Below are positions 37,794 through 47,169 of a stretch of 64,000 nt of DNA, piece after piece (positions within the stretch are counted from its first letter, which is position 1; every line of letters starts with the position of its first letter). The stretch spans positions 96,230 to 160,229 of the forward strand of contig CBFGKH010000007.1 in the NCBI GenBank assembly GCA_965649295.1, given 5' to 3'. The notes under the pieces were generated by a model that worked only from the letters and a program-made list of their open reading frames with translations, was not told the origin of the DNA and did no database searches. This stretch comes from a candidate division WOR-3 bacterium. Lineage in GTDB: Bacteria > Hydrothermota > Tepidihabitantia > Tepidihabitantales > Tepidihabitantaceae. The position numbers were made by a program, and so were the translations under genes.

Positions 37794-38588
37794 TCAGGGC
37801 AGGAAGTGGCGGTAGAGGTCGGCGCGGCGGTCAGCGAACAGGTCGTTGCGCGGTGTGGCGTGTTTGTCCAGAGCGCGGAGCGGGTCGATCTCGACGATGC
37901 GCACTTCTTCGGTTTCGGCAGGGGCCTGGTCGAGAATCGCACCGTCAGGGCCGACAATCTGGCTCTTGCCGGTGAAGTGGAGGGTGTGCCGGCCAACAGT
38001 CTCAAAGCCGGTGCGATTGGCGAGAACCCAGTAGAGGCGGTTTTCGATTGCTCGGGAACGAGTCGTGGTCTGGGCAACGTCGAGCACGAGGTTGGCACAG
38101 TGGCAGATAATCTGCGCACCCTGAAGGGCAAGGCAGCGGGCAGCCTCGGGAAAGAAGTGGTCAAAGCAGACGAGCATTCCGACTTTGACACCGGCGTAGT
38201 CGAAAACCGGGAAAGGCAGGTTACCGGGCGTGAAGATATCTTTTTCGTCGAGGAAGAGGTGGGCTTTGCGATAGAGGCGGGTTGTCCCATCAGGCGTGAC
38301 CATGGCGGCTGAGTTGTAGATACTGTCGCCGGCACGTTCAGGCAGGCCGAAAACGATGGCGAGCTGGCGCTCGCGGCTGATGTGGAGCAGTTCGTCTGTT
38401 GACGGCCCGGGGATCGGCTCGGCCGCAGCGATGAGGGCCTCTTTCGATGGAAAGAGGTAGCCGGTCGTGCACATCTCGGGCAGGACAAGGAGGTCGGCCT
38501 CGACTTTTGCCAGGGCCTGCCGGATACGGTGCAGATTGTCGGTCTTGTCGTGTAGAGTTGGACAGAACTGAAAAAAGCCTATTCTCAT
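37794..38588 (-). CDS. Carbon-nitrogen hydrolase (nitrilase superfamily)
   Basis: E-K-C triad: VLPEM, YRKAHL, VCFD. Confidence 0.92.
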   Translation of the reverse strand: MRIGFFQFCPTLHDKTDNLHRIRQALAKVEADLLVLPEMCTTGYLFPSKEALIAAAEPIPGPSTDELLHISRERQLAIVFGLPERAGDSIYNSAAMVTPDGTTRLYRKAHLFLDEKDIFTPGNLPFPVFDYAGVKVGMLVCFDHFFPEAARCLALQGAQIICHCANLVLDVAQTTTRSRAIENRLYWVLANRTGFETVGRHTLHFTGKSQIVGPDGAILDQAPAETEEVRIVEIDPLRALDKHATPRNDLFADRRADLYRHFLP

Positions 38589-38600
38589 GCTGGTGTGCCC

Positions 38601-39458
38601 TCAGCTTCTCGGTTTGAACCCTTCGCCCAGAACCTCATAGACATCGGTGATGATGATGAACGCCTTGGGGTCAATCTGGCGGGCGATTTCGCGGCACTGG
38701 CCGACTTGACGTTTGGCAAGAACACAGAAGACAATCGGCCGGCTTTCGCCGGTCCAGGCGCCGGTTGCCGGCAGGACCGTGGCACCGCGGCGGAGTTCTT
38801 TGGTGACAGCATTGGCAATCGCTTCAGCCTGAGTCGAGACGATGAACATTGCTCGGGTGTAGCTCAGGCCTTCGAGCACGAGGTCTATTGCCCGGGTTTG
38901 AAGGTAGAGGTTGAGGAAACCAAAAAGCGCTAGCTCGAAGTTGCTAAAGGAGATGCCGGCAGCCGAGATGACTATCGCATCAACGACAAGGATGGCAGTG
39001 CCGGTCGAGAGGTTGGAACGGGCATTGATGACCTGGCCGATGATGTCGGAACCGCCGGTTGAACCACCACCGCGGAAGACAAGACCGAGTCCAGTACCGA
39101 GTAGAATGCCGCCGAAGACACACGCAAGAATCGTGTTGTCGGTCGCAGGTTTGATGTGGAGCAGGTAAGTCGCACCGTCAATCATCAGCGATGAGACTGC
39201 AACACCGATTAGCGAACGGACAGCATAGCCGCGACCAAGCACAGTGAAGCCAAGGATGAAAAGCGGGATGTTGAGAACAAGAATCGTCGTGCCGACCGGC
39301 CAGCGGAAGAAGTAGTTGAGAATCATTGCGATACCGCCGACGCCGCCCGGAACGATGCGGTGAGGCAGTAAGAAGAGATTGTAGGCCATCGCCATCACAA
39401 TCGCTCCGGTTGTGATGAAGAACGCCTGCGACAACCAGACCTTTGTACGATTCGGCAT
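38601..39458 (-). CDS. YitT family membrane protein
   Basis: IVPGGVGGIA, LNIPLF, GGSTGGSDII, RGAT, IDPKAFIII..EVLGEGF; ATG at 39458. Confidence 0.9.
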   Translation of the reverse strand: MPNRTKVWLSQAFFITTGAIVMAMAYNLFLLPHRIVPGGVGGIAMILNYFFRWPVGTTILVLNIPLFILGFTVLGRGYAVRSLIGVAVSSLMIDGATYLLHIKPATDNTILACVFGGILLGTGLGLVFRGGGSTGGSDIIGQVINARSNLSTGTAILVVDAIVISAAGISFSNFELALFGFLNLYLQTRAIDLVLEGLSYTRAMFIVSTQAEAIANAVTKELRRGATVLPATGAWTGESRPIVFCVLAKRQVGQCREIARQIDPKAFIIITDVYEVLGEGFKPRS

Positions 39459-39614
39459 GGGACAGTCTAGTTGGAGGTGCGGCAATAGTCAATGCGGCAC
39501 AGGTCTCAGTTTGTTAAGTTATAGTAAAGCAATCTAATAGCAGTAATGTCGCACTAACGGAGAATGTCGCATTGGGTATTGACAACCGAGTCACGGCTAA
39601 CTACAATCACTTTG
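39458..39614. promoter_or_regulatory. Divergent sigma70 promoters with AATGTCGCA direct repeats
   Basis: Minus strand TTGACT-N17-TAGACT (39492-39464); plus strand TTGACA-N17-TACAAT (39579-39607); aatgtcgca at 39545 and 39563. Confidence 0.65.
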
Positions 39615-42600
39615 TGCAGCAGGCTGTTGGAAGTCTTCTGCCAGACCAGGTCGTATCCGACCGGTATCAGATTCTATCCTATCTGGGCGGAGGGGAAGCA
39701 ACTGAAGTCTATAAAGTTAGGGACTTAGTTGGTGGTAGGGTGCTGGCGCTGAAGGCGCTGCGACCTGACGCGCCTAAGGATGCTGAGCTCAGGCTGTCGC
39801 GTGAGTTCTACCATCTGTCTCGTTTCTCGCATAAAGGAATTGTCGCAGCACTCGACTACGGGTCAACTGCCGAACGCAGGCCATTCTTTACAATGGAGTT
39901 CGTAGATGGTCTGCCGATAACTTCTTTCTTTAAAAACGGTTATGAGCCCAGCTTGGTAGATGTTACTGTTGGGATACTGCGTGCGCTTGACTCGATCCAC
40001 GCGCAGGGACTGATTCACTGCGACCTGAAGCCAGCAAACATCCTTGTGACAACCGAAACCGGCGTGCCAAGTCCTAAGCTCCTTGACTTTGGTTTCGCGG
40101 AGCAGATGAGCCTGACTGCAACTGCCCAGCCACGCGGGACACTAGGCTATGTCGCGCCAGAAGTGTTTAAGGGTACTGATGCTGATGCCAGGGCAGACCT
40201 ATACTCTCTGGGTTTGGTGCTTTACGAGGTGATTACCGGGCGCGGTCCGGCCCGCGAGCGCAACCTGCGTCAATGGCTGAAGATGCAGTACCGGTCTGAT
40301 TTTGAGCCGCCCCGCAGCATTGACCCGAAGATTCCGGAGGCATTCGAGGCGGTTGTTCTTTCGTTGCTGCAGCGGGAGCCGGAGCGCCGACCCCATTCAG
40401 CAGCAGCAGTTATTGAGCTTCTGACCGGCAGGCAGGAAGAAGCTGTCATCGAGGCTGGCCCACGCAAGTACCTGATGGCGCCGGGATTTGTCGGGCGCAG
40501 TGATGAGCTGGGTGAGTTGCGCGACGCTCTTGATGCCGCAGGCCGCGGCAAGCCAGGAGCTGTCGCAGTGTCGGGCGACCGTGGTGTTGGCAAGAGCCGG
40601 CTACTGGCTGAGTTCAAGTTCCTGGCCCAGCTTGAGGGTGCGACAATTCTCTCTTGCGAGCCGGTCTCGCTTGGTGCCAGGCCGCAGTCCCTAATCGAGA
40701 CAGTTCTCAACTACCTGCGGGTCTATGCCAACACGGTGCTGCCAGTCGCTGAGGAGGGCCGAGGCGGGTCCGAGGAGAGCAAGTATCGGCTATTTGAGAC
40801 AGTCGCCCAGCGGCTGAAAGAGCTATCAGCTTCGCACCGGGTTGAGCACTCTTTGGTGCTGCTGGTTGATGACTTCGAGCTGTTTGATCCGACCAGCCTT
40901 GAGTTTCTGCGCTATCTCGTCTTCAGTCTCGAAAAGGAACGGCTGCTAGTCCTTGTCGCGGGGCTGAAGGAGAAGCGATTTCTAGACCTGATTGAGGAGT
41001 TGGGTCGGCGGCCCAACTCCCGCCACATCGCCCTGCCGCCGATGGGACGGGCCGAAGTGCGCAGTCTGGCCATTTCCCTGCTCGGCGATATTGCGGCAAT
41101 TGACAGCCTGGCAGAGTGGCTCGAAGGGACGACTGGCGGCAATCCGCTTTTCGTTATCGAGACAATCCACTCGCTCATCGAAGGGAAGATACTGACTCTG
41201 CGCGGCGGCCGCTGGGTGCTGGTCGAGGAGGCGCTCGAGTCGTACCGACCGCCGAACACAGTCACGGAGGTGGTACGCCGTCGGCTAGAGGGTCTCTCCA
41301 ATGACGAACTGGAGATTCTCCAGGTTGGTGCGGCAGCGGCTGGGCCGTTCACCCTTGAGTTCCTGCGCGCGGTTTCAGGTCTGGACGAACGCGTGCTGTT
41401 CAACGCCATTGGCCGGTTGCGGTCAATGGGTTTGTTGCGGTCTTTTGGCGGGGATGGCCAGGGACAGTTTGCTCTTTCGAGCAAGATTCTTGAGGCAGCG
41501 GTCACTGAGCGACTATCGCCCAGTGCCCGACGGGACAATCATCGTCGAGTCGCGCTGGCGATTGAGCTGCTCTATCCAGACCGGCTGGACCGGCTGGTAT
41601 TTGACCTTGCCCATCACTATACACAGGCAGGCATAACCGACCGGGCGTATAGCTACGCACTGAAGGCCGGGACAAGGGCACGCGAGTTTGGGCTGACCGA
41701 GCTTGCGCTTGGTTTCTATGAGACCGCCTTCTCACTGGCTGGACAGAGTATTACGCCGCGGGAGCGGGTAGAGCTGATTGAGAGAGTGGGTGAGCTTCGT
41801 GAGGCGACCGGCCGTTACCACGAAGCGATTGACATTTACAAGCAGGGGATGAGCATCGTTGTGGCCGAGTCATCCGCTGGCCGGCCAGCGCTGGCTCGGT
41901 TCCTACGCAAGCTCGGATTGGTCTATCAGAAACTGGGTAACCAGGAAGAGTCAATAAGCTATCTAAGTCAGGCGCTCGCCTTGCAGCGGGACAAGGTGTC
42001 GGCCGACTATGTTCACATCCTGAATGACTTGGGCTGGTCCTACAGCACCGCCGGTCAGTTGGCAAAGGCGGAGGAGGTTCTGACTCAGGCGATGCAACTG
42101 GTTGAGCGGTTGCGGTCGCAGGATGAACGGACTTACCAGCAACTCTCTGCGCGCACATTGTATAACTTCAGCGTGCAGGCCTATTCGCGGCGTGACAATG
42201 TGCTAGCTTTGCAGCTTGCCGAACGGTCGCTCGCCGCCTACGAGGCGTTGCAGGATGAGTACTACACGAGCAAAGTCAGTCAGTTCATTGCTACACTTTG
42301 GTGGCGGCGGGGTGAGTTGGGCCGAGCTCGGGCCTGTTATCAGCGTTACCTGCCAGGTCAGCGCAAGACGGGCGACGTCTATTTCCTGCTCCGTTCGCTG
42401 CAAGGACTGGGTATTATCAGTCAACAGGAAGGCGACTGGAATAGCGCCCATGACTGCTATGCCGAAGCTCTGACCCTAGCTGAGCGGATTGGGGACCGGG
42501 CAGCGATGGTTGATCTTTACTCGAATATTGGCACGACCTGCGATGAGCGGGGTGAATGGTCGGCAGCCCAGGAGCACTTCACCCGAGCGCTTGATCTTAT

Positions 42601-44842
42601 TGCCGGCGAGAAAGGTCAATCGCCAGCGCGGCGAGCCATCATCATGGCCAATCTCGCGTATCTCCGTACAAGACAGGGCGAGCTGGAAGAGGCTGAACGG
42701 CTGTTTGCCGAAGCGGAGCAACTGGCCGCAGCCGACCCTAGTGAACCTGACCTTGGGTTCTATTTGCCGCTTTATCGGGCGCATTACTTCCTGCGCGCGG
42801 AGAAGCACGACCTGTGCCGACAGGCACTGGGCCGGGCATTCGCGGCTGTGCGGCGGCGAAATGACCGGCACCAGAAGGCACTTGTTCACGTCGCTGCTGC
42901 TGAGTATCGGCTGGCCTGCGGGGAGTTTGACCGGGCCCAGCACAACGCGCTCCAGGCTTTGCTCTTGCTGGCGGAAGTCCCGACTTCACGAGAGTATGCA
43001 ATTGCCTTGCGCTGGTCAGGTCTGGCTAAGAGCCTTTTGGGCAAGCCAGAACGGGGAACGCAGGAGATCAAGCGCAGCATCGAGTTACTACGTGAGGTCG
43101 GGGCGAAGTATGACCTGGCGCTGTCACTAGTTGCTTCGGTTCAAGCTTTGGCCACTGCGGATCGGTCGGATATCACTGTGGATATGAAGATGCCGATGGC
43201 ATTCCGGCCGCTGCCCCAGCAGGAGGTAACCGAAGCGGTAGCCAACCTTAAAGAGGCACAGGTTCTCTTGCGCGGACTGGGAGCGACACTTGATGCGCGG
43301 CGGTGTGATGAGTTAATGCAGACCATCACTCAGGTCTCAGCAACGATGCAGCTCAAGTCGCGGGAACGGGGAGAGTACCTCAAGGTCTTCTATCAGCTTT
43401 CAGAGCTTATCAACCTTGGTCTCGACAAAGAGGACTTTGCCGAGCGGCTGCTCGATTTGGTAATTGATGTGACCCGAGCTGAGCGGGGACTGCTATTCTT
43501 GGTACAGAACGACAAGCTTGTGCCAGCCGCGGCCCGTAATGTTGACCGGACAACAATTGAGGACGCTGAGACGATTTCCCATTCGGTCCTGCGCAAGGTC
43601 AAACGGCGCGGTGAGCTGACCTACTCGGCGGATGCTTTGTCTGACCCACGCTTCAATACCGCTAACTCGGTGATGCTCAATAAGATACGGTCGTTGCTCT
43701 GTGTTCCGCTGCGGGTTGATTCACGGGTAATTGGCACGATCTATCTTGACTCACGGATAACTGCCCATCTCTTCTTGGAAGAGGACAAGAATCTGTTATC
43801 TTCGGTGGCCAATCTGCTGGCAGCGACAATCGATAAGTCAGTTGCGTTCAAACGTCTTCAGGAGGAGATTGAGCGGTCGAGCGAGAACATTCTTGAGGAC
43901 GCGGTAACCGGCTGCTTCCTCGGCAAGTCCAAGGCGATACGTGAGGTCTATCGGGTAATAGACCGCATCGCACCTACCGATTGCACAGTGCTGCTCACGG
44001 GTGAAACGGGCACCGGCAAGGGAGTGCTGGCTAGGTTAATTCACTCGAAGAGCGACCGGTCGGCAAAGCAGTTTGTCTCAATAAACTGCGGGGCGCTGCC
44101 CGAGCAACTCTTTGAATCAGAGCTGTTTGGCCATATCAAGGGGGCATTCACTGGTGCAGTTAGCGACAAGGAAGGGTTATTTGAGACAGCGGACGGCGGC
44201 ACGATTTTCCTCGACGAGATATCGAATACAACGCTTGGGGTGCAGGCCAAGCTTCTGGAGGTGCTCGAGGAACGGGTCATCCGTCGGGTTGGCGCGACCC
44301 AGACTCGGCACGTTGATGTGCGATTGATCTGTGCGACCAACCGCGACCTCGAGGAAGAAGTTAGGGCAGGCCGGTTTCGTGAGGACCTGTACTACCGAAT
44401 GAACGTAGTCACGATCAGGGTCCCGCCGCTGCGAGAACGGGCTGCCGACATCCCGTTGCTTGCCAACTACTTCGTCAAAAGGATTGCGGTTCAGCTCAAC
44501 AAGCCGGTAGCTGGATTTGAGGACGATGTTCTGGCCCGCTTTGCTGCCTATCCCTGGCCGGGTAATGCCAGAGAACTACTGAACGTCGTCCAACGTGCGA
44601 CAATCATGACCCAGAAGCGCCGGATTACACTGGAAGACATCGGTGACAAGTTCCAGTCGATCCAGCCAAGAACTGAACTGCCAACAACAAAGAGGAAAGT
44701 TATTGACCGACTGCAGGTTGTGAATGCACTCCGCGAGACTGGTGGCAATGTATCGAAGGCTGCGGAGTTGCTATCAATCCATCGGCGTCAGTTGCAGCGA
44801 CTAATTCGAAGGTATCGGATTGACAAGACGAATCTTGTCTAG
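39614..44842 (+). CDS. Ser/Thr kinase - STAND-type AAA ATPase - TPR - GAF - sigma54 enhancer-binding activator (Fis HTH)
   Basis: ALK, HCDLKPAN, DFG, APE; FVGR..GDRGVGKS, TGGNPLF; TPRs; GAF (SLLCVPL, GTIYLD); GETGTGK, ESELFGH, GAFTGA, FREDLYYR, WPGNAREL; GGNVSKAAELL. GTG 39614 is the likely start. Confidence 0.92.
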   Translation: MQQAVGSLLPDQVVSDRYQILSYLGGGEATEVYKVRDLVGGRVLALKALRPDAPKDAELRLSREFYHLSRFSHKGIVAALDYGSTAERRPFFTMEFVDGLPITSFFKNGYEPSLVDVTVGILRALDSIHAQGLIHCDLKPANILVTTETGVPSPKLLDFGFAEQMSLTATAQPRGTLGYVAPEVFKGTDADARADLYSLGLVLYEVITGRGPARERNLRQWLKMQYRSDFEPPRSIDPKIPEAFEAVVLSLLQREPERRPHSAAAVIELLTGRQEEAVIEAGPRKYLMAPGFVGRSDELGELRDALDAAGRGKPGAVAVSGDRGVGKSRLLAEFKFLAQLEGATILSCEPVSLGARPQSLIETVLNYLRVYANTVLPVAEEGRGGSEESKYRLFETVAQRLKELSASHRVEHSLVLLVDDFELFDPTSLEFLRYLVFSLEKERLLVLVAGLKEKRFLDLIEELGRRPNSRHIALPPMGRAEVRSLAISLLGDIAAIDSLAEWLEGTTGGNPLFVIETIHSLIEGKILTLRGGRWVLVEEALESYRPPNTVTEVVRRRLEGLSNDELEILQVGAAAAGPFTLEFLRAVSGLDERVLFNAIGRLRSMGLLRSFGGDGQGQFALSSKILEAAVTERLSPSARRDNHRRVALAIELLYPDRLDRLVFDLAHHYTQAGITDRAYSYALKAGTRAREFGLTELALGFYETAFSLAGQSITPRERVELIERVGELREATGRYHEAIDIYKQGMSIVVAESSAGRPALARFLRKLGLVYQKLGNQEESISYLSQALALQRDKVSADYVHILNDLGWSYSTAGQLAKAEEVLTQAMQLVERLRSQDERTYQQLSARTLYNFSVQAYSRRDNVLALQLAERSLAAYEALQDEYYTSKVSQFIATLWWRRGELGRARACYQRYLPGQRKTGDVYFLLRSLQGLGIISQQEGDWNSAHDCYAEALTLAERIGDRAAMVDLYSNIGTTCDERGEWSAAQEHFTRALDLIAGEKGQSPARRAIIMANLAYLRTRQGELEEAERLFAEAEQLAAADPSEPDLGFYLPLYRAHYFLRAEKHDLCRQALGRAFAAVRRRNDRHQKALVHVAAAEYRLACGEFDRAQHNALQALLLLAEVPTSREYAIALRWSGLAKSLLGKPERGTQEIKRSIELLREVGAKYDLALSLVASVQALATADRSDITVDMKMPMAFRPLPQQEVTEAVANLKEAQVLLRGLGATLDARRCDELMQTITQVSATMQLKSRERGEYLKVFYQLSELINLGLDKEDFAERLLDLVIDVTRAERGLLFLVQNDKLVPAAARNVDRTTIEDAETISHSVLRKVKRRGELTYSADALSDPRFNTANSVMLNKIRSLLCVPLRVDSRVIGTIYLDSRITAHLFLEEDKNLLSSVANLLAATIDKSVAFKRLQEEIERSSENILEDAVTGCFLGKSKAIREVYRVIDRIAPTDCTVLLTGETGTGKGVLARLIHSKSDRSAKQFVSINCGALPEQLFESELFGHIKGAFTGAVSDKEGLFETADGGTIFLDEISNTTLGVQAKLLEVLEERVIRRVGATQTRHVDVRLICATNRDLEEEVRAGRFREDLYYRMNVVTIRVPPLRERAADIPLLANYFVKRIAVQLNKPVAGFEDDVLARFAAYPWPGNARELLNVVQRATIMTQKRRITLEDIGDKFQSIQPRTELPTTKRKVIDRLQVVNALRETGGNVSKAAELLSIHRRQLQRLIRRYRIDKTNLV

Positions 44843-45010
44843 CTGAAGTCGCACGACAAAACCCATAGTTCTAAGTTACAACTAGTCTGATAGTTACTGC
44901 ATAGGCGCAGTTGTCGCGACATTTTGCGGTCGCGGGACGATGGTTGTAACAACTGCGACGCAGTCGCTTATCTATTTACTGGTATGTCGGTTAGGAGCAA
45001 ACGTCGCCAG

Positions 45011-45025
45011 TGGCACCGAACATGC
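45011..45025 (+). promoter_or_regulatory. sigma54 (-24/-12) promoter
   Basis: TGGCAC-CGAACA-TGC with exact GG-N10-GC spacing, ~170 bp downstream of the activator gene. Confidence 0.8.
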
Positions 45026-45065
45026 GTAATAGGGTGAGTCGGTAAACAGCTAAACGGAGGTACCT

Positions 45066-45128
45066 ATGCCCGTATTTGGCATACCGATCCCGCCGCGGCC
45101 GGGTCCTGTTGCGCCGCCGGTGCGGTAA
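45066..45128 (+). CDS. 20-aa proline-rich small peptide MPVFGIPIPPRPGPVAPPVR
   Basis: RBS ggagg at 45056-45060, 5 nt before the ATG; lies between the sigma54 promoter and a terminator. Confidence 0.65.
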   Translation: MPVFGIPIPPRPGPVAPPVR

Positions 45129-45171
45129 GACGCATCCCTGACGAGCGGCACTTGGGCCGCTTGTGGGCGTA

Positions 45172-45207
45172 TTCCCGGTCGGAGTTTTCTCCGACCGGGA
45201 ACTTTTT
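45172..45207 (+). terminator. Intrinsic terminator
   Basis: 13-bp perfect stem ttcccggtcggag-tttt-ctccgaccgggaa then cttttt. Confidence 0.85.
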
Positions 45208-45222
45208 GGTTAGTTAGCTGCG

Positions 45223-45250
45223 TTGACTCCTGATACGGGTAATCTATAAT
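45223..45250 (+). promoter_or_regulatory. sigma70 promoter of smpB (probably leaderless)
   Basis: TTGACT-N16-TATAAT, 8 nt before ATG 45259; no SD. Confidence 0.7.
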
Positions 45251-45258
45251 CGTTTGCT

Positions 45259-45711
45259 ATGAAAGCTGTGGCCACGAATCGTCGGGCCCTGCGTGATTAT
45301 GAGGTCTTTGAAAAAACCGAGGCCGGCATCGAACTGACCGGGACTGAGGTAAAGTCATTGCGGGCTGGTACGGTCTCGCTCGACGAAGGCTACGCCGCTA
45401 TTGAGGGTGGTCAGGCCTGGCTCTATGGGGTAAATATCGCCCCTTACGCGCAGGGCAATATCCATAACCGTGACCCCAAGCGTCGGCGCAGGTTGCTTCT
45501 CCACAAAGAAGAGATTGGTCGACTTTTCGGCCGCACCACGCTCCGCGGTTACACTCTAATACCCTTGCGCGTCTATTTCAATGATCGGGGTAGGGCTAAA
45601 GTCGAACTAGCCTTGTGTCGGGGCAGGAAGTCGGTTGACCGGCGCGAGGTGCTGCGGCGGCGGGCGATGGAGCGTGATGAGCGTCAGGAAGGAGCTGCAC
45701 GAAAGAGGTGA
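45259..45711 (+). CDS. smpB: SsrA-binding protein
   Basis: NRRALRDY, EAGIELTGTEVKSLR, RRLLLHKEEI, LIPLRVYF. Confidence 0.97.
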   Translation: MKAVATNRRALRDYEVFEKTEAGIELTGTEVKSLRAGTVSLDEGYAAIEGGQAWLYGVNIAPYAQGNIHNRDPKRRRRLLLHKEEIGRLFGRTTLRGYTLIPLRVYFNDRGRAKVELALCRGRKSVDRREVLRRRAMERDERQEGAARKR

Positions 45712-45753
45712 TGCCGGGTTTTTGTTGGTCCCGAACTGAGAAGGGAGTTTGGG

Positions 45754-47169
45754 TTGAATAGACTGGTAGCGGCTTTTGGGCTTGGAGTCGTGCTGGCCGG
45801 GATTGCGGCCGGCTCGGCTCTGCTTGTGGCTGGCAAGTCGGTACCAGTGACGACACTGGCTGGTAACGAGTATGTGGCCTTGTCCGACCTGGCAGCAGCT
45901 CTGGGCGGACGGAGTTGGCAGGTTGGCTCGCGGCTGATTCTCATCGTGCCGAGTGGAAACAGCAAGACTCCTGACAGCAGTGCTGCCGGGCCGCGCGAAG
46001 GTGAGCCGGGTAATGAGTATCTATTCCGGCTGGACTCAGCGTTTGTGCTAGCAGCCGGCCAGCGAATAGCGCTACCATTTCTGCCACTGCTGCGCGATAG
46101 TGAGGCATATGTGCCAGCAGCAGTTCTGGCCCAGTTGTTTCCGGCAGTCCCTGCTCCGCGACTGACTGGTGTTGAAAAAATGACACGGGGCGACACAACC
46201 CTGCTGCTACTGCGGGTGACAAAGCCAGCCGGATATGGCCCGCTGGTAGTCTCGGGCCGGAGTCTGTCGAGCCTGGAATATCGGCTGGTAACCGGAATCA
46301 GGTTTGATTCTAGCCTGCTGGTACTTCCGGCTGGTGGGAGTGGCATTATTCGTGCTCTCAGTATCGAACAAGGCGAACTCGTTATGGGATTCCGTCAGCC
46401 AACGTATGTTGCTGCGACCGGAAGGGATGATGGAGTTGAGGTGCGGGTGTGGCCAAGACCAGAACGTCGCTTGCAGACGATTGTGCTTGACGCTGGCCAC
46501 GGCGGCAAAGACCCGGGTGCGGTCGGTAGAGCACATGGCACGCAGGAGAAAACCATCGTTCTTGATATCGTCATGCGGCTCAAGGCCAAGCTTGAGAAAC
46601 AGGGTCTGACCGTCCTGCTGACACGGGACAGAGACTGCGATCTCGGCCTGGCGGAGCGGGCCCGGATGGCGAATAGCTCACGGGCTGACCTGTTTGTCAG
46701 TATTCATGCCAACTCTGCGCCCAACCGGACTGCCTGCGGTTTCGAGACCTATTTTCTCTCGGAGGCGAAGACTGACTGGGAGCGGGCAGTAGCGGCGCGG
46801 GAGAACGCGGGCATTGATACGATTGCCGGAGCCGATTTCGCTTCGGGCGACATCGGCCTGATTCTGGCTGACCTTGCTCAGCATGAGCATCTCTTTGAGT
46901 CGAGTGAGCTGGCAGCGCGAATTCAGGAGGCGGTCGTGCCGCACGCTCGAGTGATGGATCGGGGAGTGCGGCAGGCAAACTTCTATGTCTTGCGCAATGA
47001 CTTTATGCCCGCGGTCCTAGTTGAGTGTGGCTTTCTGTCGAACCGCAGTGAGGAGAAGCTGCTGCGTCAGCCAGCGCACCGGGAGAAACTAGCTGAGGGC
47101 ATCTGCCGTGGCATCCTTGCCTACCGTGATAGCTTTGCTCGTCGGGGCAACGGCAACGGCCGCGGGTGA
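45754..47169 (+). CDS. N-acetylmuramoyl-L-alanine amidase (Amidase_3)
   Basis: IVLDAGHGGKDPGA, FVSIHAN, GFETYFL, PAVLVECGFLSN. Confidence 0.92.
   Translation: MNRLVAAFGLGVVLAGIAAGSALLVAGKSVPVTTLAGNEYVALSDLAAALGGRSWQVGSRLILIVPSGNSKTPDSSAAGPREGEPGNEYLFRLDSAFVLAAGQRIALPFLPLLRDSEAYVPAAVLAQLFPAVPAPRLTGVEKMTRGDTTLLLLRVTKPAGYGPLVVSGRSLSSLEYRLVTGIRFDSSLLVLPAGGSGIIRALSIEQGELVMGFRQPTYVAATGRDDGVEVRVWPRPERRLQTIVLDAGHGGKDPGAVGRAHGTQEKTIVLDIVMRLKAKLEKQGLTVLLTRDRDCDLGLAERARMANSSRADLFVSIHANSAPNRTACGFETYFLSEAKTDWERAVAARENAGIDTIAGADFASGDIGLILADLAQHEHLFESSELAARIQEAVVPHARVMDRGVRQANFYVLRNDFMPAVLVECGFLSNRSEEKLLRQPAHREKLAEGICRGILAYRDSFARRGNGNGRG

Noticed and set aside
45129..45258. tmRNA (ssrA) next to smpB
   Set aside because: Space is too short and no tRNA-like ends were seen.
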